From contig OZ241855.1 of the NCBI GenBank assembly GCA_965202785.1, forward strand, positions 992,001-1,056,000: 64,000 bases of DNA. Reading direction: 5' to 3'. The notes below the pieces were generated by a model. The model did no database searches. It was given only the letters and a program-made list of their open reading frames with translations, and was not told where the DNA came from. Of the stretch, positions 10,361-19,257 are shown in pieces. The DNA comes from Thermodesulfobacteriota bacterium (GTDB lineage Bacteria > Desulfobacterota_D > UBA1144 > Nemesobacterales > Nemesobacteraceae). The position numbers and the translations under genes were made by a program. Within the stretch, counting starts at the first letter, position 1, and the number at the start of each line of letters is the position of its first letter.

Positions 10361-11518
10361 ATGAAAAAATACGAAGGACTTAGGGTACTTTGCGTAGAAA
10401 GCCACCCGCTTTTTACAGAAGGGGTAAGTGCTGTTCACATGCTCAAGATGTGCCAGGCGATGGCCAACCTTGGAATCGAGGTTGAGTGCGTTCTGCCGGG
10501 GCGCGTTAACAAGAAAAGACTTTTTTCGTATTACGGCATCAAGAATCCTTTTCGCGTAACCTCGATTGCGCTTTCGGGCGGACTGGCTAGGCGGCCGCTC
10601 CATGGTTTTTTAAGCGCCCTTTACGCTTGCGGAAAAAAAGAAAATTTTGATCTTGTGCTCACCAGGGACCTTATTTTTGCCTGGTTTGCGACCAAGGTTT
10701 TCGAGGTTCCGACGGTCTACGACGCTCACCACCCTCCGGTTAACTGGGCGGCTGAAACAATAATAAGCTCTTTCTCCCGTTCAAAGAACCTGCTCGGGAT
10801 GTCCTTTAACTCGCGAGGACTACACGACATATACTTCTGCCTCGGGATGACGGGGCAAAATCCCATAGTGGCGCCGAACGGCTTCGAACGGGAGGCGTTT
10901 GAGGGAGAACACGACATCCCCTCGCTTCGGGAGCGCCTCGGTCTTCCACTCGAGAGAAAAATAGTGTGCTACTGTGGAAACACTTACAGGGGAAGGGGGA
11001 TTGAGATCCTGGTGCGCGCAGCGGCGCAGATGCCCGAGGTTGAGTTTCTCATTGTCGGAGGCAGGGAACGGGACAACGTGCTTTGGCGCGAGATGGCGAG
11101 ACAGCAGGGATCGGGCAATTTCAGAATAGAGGGGTTTGTGCAACAACGGGAAGTACCCTCTTACCTCCTTGCCTCAGATGTTTTGGTCATGCCCTATTCG
11201 TCCAAGATAACTATAAGGGATGGAACAGAGGCCGGGAGGTTTACTTCTCCGCTTAAGCTTTTCGAGTATATGGCCGCTGGAAAACCTATTGTTGCGACCG
11301 GGGTTCCGTCGGTTCTTGAGATACTGCGTCCGGGAGAGAACTCGGTTGTTACTCCTCCTGATGACAGTGGGGAGTTTATTCGGGTGCTTGGCCTCGTGCT
11401 TGCTGATTCAAAGCTTTGCACACGGGTTTCGGAGCGTGCCCGCTCGGACGCGGTCGGGTACACGTGGGAGAAGAGGGTTGAAAAAATAATTGATGGGGTT
11501 GGAGTTGCTGTCGAGTAA
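10361..11518 (+). CDS. Glycosyltransferase family 4 (start uncertain, 10313-10361)
   Basis: PNG, YCG...GRGIE, SPLKLFEYMAAGKPIV, YTWEKR. Confidence 0.9.
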   Translation: MKKYEGLRVLCVESHPLFTEGVSAVHMLKMCQAMANLGIEVECVLPGRVNKKRLFSYYGIKNPFRVTSIALSGGLARRPLHGFLSALYACGKKENFDLVLTRDLIFAWFATKVFEVPTVYDAHHPPVNWAAETIISSFSRSKNLLGMSFNSRGLHDIYFCLGMTGQNPIVAPNGFEREAFEGEHDIPSLRERLGLPLERKIVCYCGNTYRGRGIEILVRAAAQMPEVEFLIVGGRERDNVLWREMARQQGSGNFRIEGFVQQREVPSYLLASDVLVMPYSSKITIRDGTEAGRFTSPLKLFEYMAAGKPIVATGVPSVLEILRPGENSVVTPPDDSGEFIRVLGLVLADSKLCTRVSERARSDAVGYTWEKRVEKIIDGVGVAVE

Positions 11519-11701
11519 GTTTTTGGTCTGAATGTAATGCGAGGTCAAGCTTAAATGGGCCTCGAGGAGTGGACCCCTAATTTTAGGACAGTTTTTTCGT
11601 TTTTTTTTAATGAACCATCCTGTTCACCGCAAACACTTTTTCTTTCGTTCGTATAAACTTGTAAACTAGTTCTAAACTCATAAATCACATGGAGGTGTGT
11701 A

Positions 11702-12031
11702 ATGAGAAAAGTATTGATGTTTTCCGTATTGGCAGTTCTGTTTCTCGGCGGAGCGACATTTGCCTCGGCCCATTGCGGAGATTGCGGTAAGAAAGCAGAT
11801 TGCCCTAGGAAGTCCGCTAAAATGGATAAAATGTTTGAGAAAAAAGACACAAACTCTGACGGCGTCATCTCAAAGGCTGAGTTTATGTCCAGTGCGGAGA
11901 AAAAATTCGCCAAGATAGACGCTGACGGCAACGGCAGTCTTACAAAGGAAGAAGTAAAGAACTACTGGACCGCCAAGAAAGAAAAGCACAAAGACAAGAA
12001 AAAAGATTCCGGTCAGTGCGCCGACAAATAG
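11702..12031 (+). CDS. Secreted EF-hand protein with Cys-rich N-terminus
   Basis: Signal peptide, GGAGG SD, two EF-hand loops DTNSDGVISKAE and DADGNGSLTKEE. Confidence 0.8.
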   Translation: MRKVLMFSVLAVLFLGGATFASAHCGDCGKKADCPRKSAKMDKMFEKKDTNSDGVISKAEFMSSAEKKFAKIDADGNGSLTKEEVKNYWTAKKEKHKDKKKDSGQCADK

Positions 12032-12047
12032 CGTAGAAACAGTACTT

Positions 12048-12087
12048 CATCTGCGGTTCGCGTTGCTAATACTGCGGACCGCGGATG
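12048..12087. terminator. GC-rich hairpin between convergent genes
   Basis: CATCTGCGGTTCGC pairs with GCGGACCGCGGATG (two G-U pairs); no strong U tract. Confidence 0.45.
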
Positions 12088-12090
12088 GGT

Positions 12091-12774
12091 TTAGATGGTT
12101 TTCTGGGTAGTGTCCGGCAATAGATCGTGGAAAAAGAAACCGCCTCTTTCCACTGTTTCACCGTGCGCGAACTCAATCGGCCGGGAGAATGTCGGCCCGT
12201 CGAAAACAAACGTGTGAAATTCTCCGTTCTCCCCGCAGGGGTCGACACTGCTTGGAAGGTCGTTAAGAAACGCTGTGTCGAAAAAGCGTCCGGCGAAAGA
12301 CTCATCTAGCACCTTGGAGTAAACGCATACCGTTACCGCACGAAACCCTTCGTCTATAAAGGTCCGTGCTAACGACCGAGTCGGCTTTTTCCACAGGGGG
12401 AAGAGGCAGGTTAATCCCAAGGCAGCAAGCTGCCGTTCCCTGTAATCCCTAAGGTCTTCCAAGAATATATCGCCAAAGGCAATCCGGCGAATGCCCTTGT
12501 TGCGGATATTGGAGAATGCTTTTCCCATTTCCCGTTCGTAGACGGCGTTTGACGATTCCGGTGGCACCACGACTTCAGTTGCCGGCAGATCCAGAGACTC
12601 CGCCTGCCTGCGAAGCAGTGCGCGACGCACTCCGTGCATGCTAACCCGGTCGTAGGTGTCAGTCACCGTCGTCACAAGCTCCGCCACGCGGTATTCCCCG
12701 CGCCTTCGGATTTCCTGGAGCGCCATGGCGCTGTCCTTGCCGCCGCTGAAGCAAAGGGCAATCGGTTCGCTCAA
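12091..12774 (-). CDS. Dph6-related ATP pyrophosphatase (PP-loop)
   Basis: FSGGKDS, RVSMHGV, FGDIFLEDLR, DPCGENGEFHTFV. Confidence 0.9.
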   Translation of the reverse strand: MSEPIALCFSGGKDSAMALQEIRRRGEYRVAELVTTVTDTYDRVSMHGVRRALLRRQAESLDLPATEVVVPPESSNAVYEREMGKAFSNIRNKGIRRIAFGDIFLEDLRDYRERQLAALGLTCLFPLWKKPTRSLARTFIDEGFRAVTVCVYSKVLDESFAGRFFDTAFLNDLPSSVDPCGENGEFHTFVFDGPTFSRPIEFAHGETVERGGFFFHDLLPDTTQKTI

Positions 12775-12825
12775 TTGAATAATACTCCTTTCAGAGTGTC
12801 ATAGGGGATCGCCCGCGTAGAGGAA

Positions 12826-13557
12826 TCAGACCGCCTTTCGCTCCTTCTCGATCCGGTCATAGGCATCGTTTATGATCGCGAGTTTCTCGTTTGCCGTATC
12901 AACAAACTCCTGGGGAACGCCTTGGGCGATCAGGGTGTCGGGATGGTGCGCGCGGACAAGTTCGCGGTACTTGCTTTTAAGTTCGTCGTCCGGGATGTCC
13001 CTCGCAACTCCCAGGACCTCGTACGGATCTGGCTTATCGACGCCATGTGCGGCGCGGATCCGTCTGAATGCCGCTTCGCTCAGTCCGAATATCTCGGCCA
13101 CGCTTTCGAGATACTCATTTTCCTTGGGGTGGTAGACGTTATCGGCCTTGGCGATGAGGAACAGGCAGTTTAAAAGCTCTTCAAGAACCGCGGGGTTGCC
13201 CCTGAACATCTCGGCAAGCTGCTGTGCGTAGGGCTCGAAACCTTCCGAGTCTTTCTTAGCGATATTGAAGACGCGGGCGACCTCAGCTTCTTTTACCTCG
13301 TTTCTCAAGATCGGATGAAACACCTTTCGGAAAGCCTGGATTTCCTCTTCCCTCACTACCCCGTCGGCTTTAGCCATCTTGGCCGCCAGCACTATGACTC
13401 CGGCCGTGAAGGCGACCTGTTTTCTCGAGCGCGTGTCGGTTGGTCGCTCCCCGGTATCCACAAACGCGTGGCCCGCCATAGCACCGAGCAACGCCCCGAT
13501 AGGGCCGCCGAGAGCAAAGCCCGCAGCACCGCCGATTATTTTTCCCCATATGCTCAT
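12826..13557 (-). CDS. djlA: DjlA-like co-chaperone (TerB + J domain)
   Basis: MSIWGKIIGG..GGPIGALLG; AKMAKADG; DPYEVLG; HHPD. Confidence 0.85.
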   Translation of the reverse strand: MSIWGKIIGGAAGFALGGPIGALLGAMAGHAFVDTGERPTDTRSRKQVAFTAGVIVLAAKMAKADGVVREEEIQAFRKVFHPILRNEVKEAEVARVFNIAKKDSEGFEPYAQQLAEMFRGNPAVLEELLNCLFLIAKADNVYHPKENEYLESVAEIFGLSEAAFRRIRAAHGVDKPDPYEVLGVARDIPDDELKSKYRELVRAHHPDTLIAQGVPQEFVDTANEKLAIINDAYDRIEKERKAV

Positions 13558-13638
13558 GTGATTTTCTCCTCTAAAAAATGTACCAGAAAAATTTCCCTTC
13601 GAAATCTCCTCCAGGACTCCCGGACGCGAAAAAATACG

Positions 13639-15069
13639 CTAGGGAATTGCCTGCACTCTTGCCCTAACCCTGCCTTCTGCCGTGAGGACTAAACGCAGGT
13701 GCTCGGGTCCCACGTCAAGGCGGGTTATACGCACTTGGCGCACCTTGCCCGTAACCGAGACGTTCTCTGATGAAAGTGTGGAAATCGCTTCCTCCGCACC
13801 GTCTCGCAGTTCTTCAAGCTTAGGCCCTAGGTCAAATGGAAGACGCTTTGAGACGGCTTCCAGCAGTAGTGGCTCCGCTGCCTTTCCAGCCATTGAGAAT
13901 AGCACGTTTTGCGAGTCGATATCGAGTGCTACGTTTTCCAGCGTTATGGTCTGCGTCTCGGCGTCTAGTTCCGGTTCGGCAACCACGTACAGAATTCCCT
14001 TCACTTCCGTGCCTGAGAGTATTTTAGCCTCCACAGCCACCTCGGTTTCAAGCAGAAGCCTTTCTCCATACGGGAGGACCCTTACTGCCTTTATGGCTAT
14101 GGAGATGTTTTTGCCCACAGACTTGCCGACTACCTCCTCGGCAAGTGTTCGCTCAAGCGTTTCGTAGTCAATTATGGCGGGCATAACGATTTCGAAGCCC
14201 CCCGGCTTTGGTTTTTCCAGGAGCAGGGTTTTCGGGAAGGGGCATTCTGGCTGCGTCTGCTCTGTCAGGATGCGCGTTTTTACTTCAACCCCAATCGTGG
14301 TCCGGATGTCTTTGCGGCCGATGCGGACCTGCGTCGCGCGCGCGACTACGGGGCTTGTTTCAAGCCAGAGATCCGAGTCTTCTCCAAGCGGTGTTGAACC
14401 GCAAAGTCTCTTCCAGCCTTTTCTTGCCGCCTGCTCGAAAAAATCGCTTCGGGCCACGCTCTGGTTAAGTTGCGTGCGAAGCGCATCGGCCGTGATTCGA
14501 ACTCCGGGAAGTATATCTCCTCTTACGTTAAGGTTTCCAATGCGTTTTATCGGTATGTCGGCCCTTTGTATATCTATTTTTACCTCGGAGAGGTTCGGGG
14601 AGACGCGCCAGTTGCTTTCGAGGGTCGGACTCGCGGTTAGGGAGGCGCTTGCAAGTACGTCGCCGCTTGCGCTGAAGTCGATTTTCCTTGCCAGCTGAAT
14701 GGCCCCCGTCGCGAGAGCCTCTCCGCTAAGCTCGGTCGCTATGTTTAGCGCTCCGCTTCGACCCGATACCTGAAGACGGGAACGGCTTAGATTCCAGCTG
14801 AGTTCGCTTTGGGCGAAAGATCTTCCGAAACTGTTTTTCCTTGAACCCGACTCCTGCTTCGGCGTCTTGCGCTCAAGCGCTTCCCCTACAGCAGCTATGG
14901 AAACGGAGACCGGGATAGTTGCTCTTGAAAGATGCTCCGCAAGGGGCTCAAGCGCCGGGGTTTTGTGAGTGGGTCTCTCAGCGTCATGCCTCGACACGTT
15001 CTCCGAGAGGAAAACCCCCGCTGCGAGAATCACTCCGAGCACGAAAACAACCAGTATTATCCTTCTCAT
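13639..15069 (-). CDS. DUF4403-like exported protein
   Basis: N-terminal TM/signal segment, long beta-rich protein, 'DLWLETSP' motif and size resembling DUF4403. Confidence 0.6.
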   Translation of the reverse strand: MRRIILVVFVLGVILAAGVFLSENVSRHDAERPTHKTPALEPLAEHLSRATIPVSVSIAAVGEALERKTPKQESGSRKNSFGRSFAQSELSWNLSRSRLQVSGRSGALNIATELSGEALATGAIQLARKIDFSASGDVLASASLTASPTLESNWRVSPNLSEVKIDIQRADIPIKRIGNLNVRGDILPGVRITADALRTQLNQSVARSDFFEQAARKGWKRLCGSTPLGEDSDLWLETSPVVARATQVRIGRKDIRTTIGVEVKTRILTEQTQPECPFPKTLLLEKPKPGGFEIVMPAIIDYETLERTLAEEVVGKSVGKNISIAIKAVRVLPYGERLLLETEVAVEAKILSGTEVKGILYVVAEPELDAETQTITLENVALDIDSQNVLFSMAGKAAEPLLLEAVSKRLPFDLGPKLEELRDGAEEAISTLSSENVSVTGKVRQVRITRLDVGPEHLRLVLTAEGRVRARVQAIP

Positions 15070-15183
15070 CTGAAAACAATATGGTAAGGGAATTTTCGTG
15101 AATTTAAAGATTTTGGTCTTCTTAGGGGATTTCATCTGCCGCGGGACAGTTGCCCCCTGATTTCAACAAGCCTAAATTTCTCC

Positions 15184-15230
15184 TTGACAATTTTTTAAGT
15201 ACTTGTTAATCTGACTGACGAGTCAGTCAG
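15184..15230 (+). promoter_or_regulatory. Sigma70 promoter overlapped by a TetR-type operator
   Basis: TTGACA(15184)-N17-TAATCT(15207) with TG extension; perfect inverted repeat CTGACTGAC-GA-GTCAGTCAG at 15211-15230. Confidence 0.8.
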
Positions 15231-15233
15231 TGG

Positions 15234-15872
15234 GTGAGGAATATGGTTCAGACTAACAGCGTTCCCGAGAGGGGTGCGCAGAGCACACAGAGATCCCGCA
15301 AGTTCAGGCGCCGCGACGAGATACTGAGGGCCGCGACCGATCTTTTCTCCGAGAAAGGCTACCACGAGGTCACCATGGAAGAGATAGCCGAGGAGATGGG
15401 CGTATCGAAGGGAACCCTCTACAACTACTTCTCTTCCAAGGAGAATCTCTACCTCGAAATCCTTAAGGGAAGCTTCGAAGCCATAGAGGCGCTTCTGCAT
15501 GAGGAAGTAGAGAATTCTGACCCAGCCCCCCTGAAGCTCCGCAAGCTGCTCGCTACCATATTCACTTTCTACAGACGGAACTTGAAGGTTCTTCGCATAC
15601 TGAGTCGCGACGAGACACATCTTCTTAAGGAGCACTTCGAGCTTACCGAGAGGTGGAGAACGCGGCGGGTGAGACTCTACGAAAAAATAATAGAAAAAGG
15701 CATAGACGAAGGAAGCTTCGTGAAGCAGAATCCGAGGCTTCGCGCCCTAATGCTCTACGGGGCCGTGGGCGCGGTAATGGTTCACCACGATTTCTCGATG
15801 GACGCGGGAGAGGTGGCCGACGCGGTTTTCTCGCAGCTTGCTTCCGGACTGCTGATAAACGAGGACTCTTAG
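15234..15872 (+). CDS. TetR/AcrR family transcriptional regulator
   Basis: ILRAATDLFSEKGYHEVTMEEIAEEMGVSKGTLYNYFSSKE HTH. Confidence 0.95.
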   Translation: MRNMVQTNSVPERGAQSTQRSRKFRRRDEILRAATDLFSEKGYHEVTMEEIAEEMGVSKGTLYNYFSSKENLYLEILKGSFEAIEALLHEEVENSDPAPLKLRKLLATIFTFYRRNLKVLRILSRDETHLLKEHFELTERWRTRRVRLYEKIIEKGIDEGSFVKQNPRLRALMLYGAVGAVMVHHDFSMDAGEVADAVFSQLASGLLINEDS

Positions 15873-15904
15873 CTTTTTGAAAAAATTTAAGGAGGAGAGG
15901 AGTT

Positions 15905-17077
15905 ATGTCATCATATGCATACAGTTCGCGCACCTCGCACTTTGTTCCGCCCAAGCAGTGGGCGAGCATGAGGGTCGCGAGGGAACTTGAGAGGAAAACG
16001 GGGAAAAAGATCATTCACTTTGAAAAGGGTGATTATCAGGGACCCGATTTTGATACGCCGGAGCATGTTCTTGACGCTACGGAGAAGGCGCTTAGAGACG
16101 GTTACGTAAGGTACGATCCAGGGCCGGGACTTCCCGAGCTTCGGGAGGCCATAGCGGAGAAGATGGGAGAGCGGGGAAGACCCACCGAACCCGACGAGGT
16201 CATAGTGACGGCGGGAGCTAAACACTCCCTTACGATGAACCTTCTTACCTTTCTTGAGGACGGGGACGAGGTGATATTTCCGAACCCGGGATATCCCCCC
16301 GATGAGGTATGGGCCAAGTACGCAAACGCGGTGATAAAGCACACCCCGCTTACAAAGCCCGACTGGCAGTTCGACGTTGAGAAGCTGGAAGAACTCATCA
16401 CCCCGAAAACAAAGCTCGTGATCATAAACACACCCCAGAGGCCGAACGGCCACCTAGTGGAGAACCCCCAGGAGATAGCCGCCATGCTTGAGCGCCATCC
16501 CCAAGTGATGATCATATCGGACGAGATATTCTCCCAGGTAACCTTTGGAAAGCCTCATCTCTCGATCTCCTCGATAGAGAGCATACGCGACAGGGTGATC
16601 TGCATAGACACGTTTTCAAAGACATGGGCGATGACGGGCTGGAGAATAGGTTGGACCGTGGCCCCGAGACCGGTTATCGAGCAGCTCTCGATATTCCTTC
16701 AGGACTCGATCACAAACGTGGCTGCGTTCATACAGAAAGCGGCGCACGCCGCGCTCACGGGACCGCAGGACTGGGTCGAGAACAAGCTAGTTCTGCTTGA
16801 GCAGAAAAGGGACCGCATGGTCGCCGGACTGAACAGCGTTCCGGGCATAACTTGCGATACCCCCGACGGAGCGTTTTACGCCTTTGCCGACATCTCGGGA
16901 ACGGGACTTACCTCTCAGGAGTTCACCGACAGGCTGGTTGAACGCGCGGCGGTCGCCGTGGTGGCCGGCACGGCTTTCGGTAGCCAGGGAGAGGGTTACG
17001 TGAGGGTCACCTACGCGTGTTCTGACGACGATATAGACGAAGGAATGAAGAGGATGAGGGAAGCGGATCTTTCCTGA
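15905..17077 (+). CDS. PLP-dependent aminotransferase class I/II
   Basis: GLPELREAIA, SDEIF, TFSKTWAMTGWRIG (PLP lysine), GAFY. Confidence 0.92.
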   Translation: MSSYAYSSRTSHFVPPKQWASMRVARELERKTGKKIIHFEKGDYQGPDFDTPEHVLDATEKALRDGYVRYDPGPGLPELREAIAEKMGERGRPTEPDEVIVTAGAKHSLTMNLLTFLEDGDEVIFPNPGYPPDEVWAKYANAVIKHTPLTKPDWQFDVEKLEELITPKTKLVIINTPQRPNGHLVENPQEIAAMLERHPQVMIISDEIFSQVTFGKPHLSISSIESIRDRVICIDTFSKTWAMTGWRIGWTVAPRPVIEQLSIFLQDSITNVAAFIQKAAHAALTGPQDWVENKLVLLEQKRDRMVAGLNSVPGITCDTPDGAFYAFADISGTGLTSQEFTDRLVERAAVAVVAGTAFGSQGEGYVRVTYACSDDDIDEGMKRMREADLS

Positions 17078-17156
17078 ATCCATTAGTGTGTAGAAAGTTA
17101 GGCTTTTTATTTGACCTTGGGCCCGCGAGCCTGCGGGCTTGAGGAATTAACGGAAA

Positions 17157-17978
17157 TTGAGGTCGATATTTAAAAGAAAAAGTCTTTTTCCGGCCGGGGT
17201 TCTGCTTTTTCTGCTCCTCCTCGTTGCATGCGCCAAGGCCCCGATTACCAACAGGACGCAGTTTATACTGCTCCCCCAAGCCTTCGAAATGCAGCTTGGC
17301 GCAAGCGCGTACGCGAATCTGCTTGAGACCGAGAAGGTCTCGCGTGATGCGCACTACAACGGGGTCGTGAGGAGGGTCGGACAGCGCATAGCCGCAGTTT
17401 CCCACACCCCCAATCTCAAGTGGCAGTACACAGTTTTTGACAGCAAACAGGTAAACGCATTCGCGCTTCCCGGGGGGAAGATCGGGGTTTACACCGGGAT
17501 GATGCCCGTTGCCAAAACCGAGGCGGGACTCGCTACCGTGATGGCCCACGAGGTCGCCCACGCGACGGCGCGCCACGGAGGGGAGAGACTTACTCTCGGA
17601 ATTCTGCTCGAGATGAGTTCCGCAGCGCTCGCGTCGGCTATGAAGAAAAAGGACAAAAAAACCACAAGCAGGGTTCTTGCCGTCTACGGAGTGGGGACAA
17701 CGCTCGCGGTCGCCCTGCCGTTTTCAAGAAAGCAGGAATCGGAGGCCGACAGGATAGGTCTCATATACATGGCGAAAGCGGGATATGACCCGCGCGAGGC
17801 CATCCCCTTCTGGGAGAGGATGGGGGCTGCGGGACGGGGCGCTCCGCCCGAGTTTCTCTCTACCCACCCCGGGTACAGGACCAGGATAAAAAACATCCGC
17901 AAGTGGATGCCCGAGGCGCTCGAATACTACGAGGCGAGCCAGAAGGCTCCCAACAGGCACATCGTAATCGCCGAGTAA
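17157..17978 (+). CDS. M48 family Zn-metallopeptidase lipoprotein
   Basis: Lipobox LVAC, NAFALPGG, HEVAH, ESEAD, FLSTHP. Confidence 0.92.
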   Translation: MRSIFKRKSLFPAGVLLFLLLLVACAKAPITNRTQFILLPQAFEMQLGASAYANLLETEKVSRDAHYNGVVRRVGQRIAAVSHTPNLKWQYTVFDSKQVNAFALPGGKIGVYTGMMPVAKTEAGLATVMAHEVAHATARHGGERLTLGILLEMSSAALASAMKKKDKKTTSRVLAVYGVGTTLAVALPFSRKQESEADRIGLIYMAKAGYDPREAIPFWERMGAAGRGAPPEFLSTHPGYRTRIKNIRKWMPEALEYYEASQKAPNRHIVIAE

Positions 17979-18033
17979 ACCGGGCACGCGCAAATGAAGG
18001 CACATTTCTTCTCGAATTCTTTTTTTACCCCTT

Positions 18034-18063
18034 TTTAATTGCTTCTTAACACCCGCTTAACCT
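18034..18063 (+). promoter_or_regulatory. Putative Pho box (three 11-bp-spaced repeats)
   Basis: TTTAATT, CTTAACA, CTTAACC with TTAA at 18035, 18046, 18057 upstream of pstS. Confidence 0.7.
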
Positions 18064-18128
18064 TTCGGGGTTTAAATTAACTCAAATTGTTTGGTTTGCT
18101 TTTCACTATCTTAAGGAGGATTCTCGTA

Positions 18129-19121
18129 ATGAAGAATTTGAGTGTTAAATCGTGTTTTACGCTTTTTGCGATCGTTTGCGCGCTTGCTCTCGGTCCGGTC
18201 GCCTCTGCCCAGACGGTCACAGTTGACCAGGCCATACCTTCCTACACGAAGGTGACGGGTGTTTCGGGGAACATAGACAGCGTGGGTTCCGACACCATGA
18301 ACAACCTTATGACGTTCTGGTGCGAGGGATTCGCAAAGTTCTACCCCAACGTTAGATGCCAGATAGAGGGCAAGGGTTCGAGTACCGCTCCTCCGGCTCT
18401 GATAGCGGGGACTTCCCAGTTCGGACCCATGTCAAGAATGATGAAATCAAAGGAGGTTGACGAATTCGAAAAGCAGGCCGGCTACAAGCCGACCGCGGTT
18501 CCGACGTCGATTGACGCGCTTGCGGTTTACGTGAACAAGGATAACCCGATTGGCTGTCTCTCGATAAAGCAGGTAGACGCCATTTTCTCAAAGAACAGGA
18601 AATGCGGGGGTGGCTCCGATATTTCCACTTGGGGAACTGCGGGACTCGGTGGCGACTGGGCCGGGAAGCCGATAAGCGTCTACGGGCGAAACTCCGCGTC
18701 GGGCACCTACGGCTACTTCAAGAAGAAGGCGCTTTGCAAGGGCGACTACAAGGACACCGTTAAGGAGCAGCCCGGATCTTCCGCCGTCGTGCAGGGAATT
18801 ACCGAGGATCTTCAGGGAATCGGCTACAGCGGCATCGGATACAAAACATCCGGGGTAAAAGCGATCGAGCTTGCCAAGACTGTCGAGAAGGGTTGCTTCG
18901 GACCCGATCTTGCAAACGTAGTCAGCGGGAGCTATCCGCTCGGAAGGTACCTCTTTCTCTACGTTAACAAGAAGCCGAACGAAGCTCTTGATCCGCTTCG
19001 CCTCGAGTTCCTGAAGTACGTTCTTAGCCGGCAGGGACAGGAAATAGTCATAAAAGACGGATATCTGCCCTTGACCGCTGAGAAGGTTTCCGAGTTAAGA
19101 GTTCTTATAGGTGCGAAGTAG
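18129..19121 (+). CDS. pstS: Phosphate ABC transporter substrate-binding protein
   Basis: SVGSDTM, GSSTAPPAL, MSR, GRNSASGTYGYF; AAGGAGG SD. Confidence 0.95.
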   Translation: MKNLSVKSCFTLFAIVCALALGPVASAQTVTVDQAIPSYTKVTGVSGNIDSVGSDTMNNLMTFWCEGFAKFYPNVRCQIEGKGSSTAPPALIAGTSQFGPMSRMMKSKEVDEFEKQAGYKPTAVPTSIDALAVYVNKDNPIGCLSIKQVDAIFSKNRKCGGGSDISTWGTAGLGGDWAGKPISVYGRNSASGTYGYFKKKALCKGDYKDTVKEQPGSSAVVQGITEDLQGIGYSGIGYKTSGVKAIELAKTVEKGCFGPDLANVVSGSYPLGRYLFLYVNKKPNEALDPLRLEFLKYVLSRQGQEIVIKDGYLPLTAEKVSELRVLIGAK

Positions 19122-19148
19122 GTATACTATTATGGTTCCTTACGCGGA

Positions 19149-19173
19149 CGGATCCGGAAGTGTTTCGGGTCCG
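19149..19173 (+). other. Stem-loop downstream of pstS (possible mRNA stabiliser or attenuator)
   Basis: CGGATCCGGA / TTCGGGTCCG hairpin in the pstS-pstC spacer. Confidence 0.4.
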
Positions 19174-19257
19174 CCTACGTTTGGCCGTTTACCCCGGGGA
19201 GGTCGGATCTTAGGCCGTCTTTTTCGCATCTGATATCCCAGATGCAAGGTAACTTCA

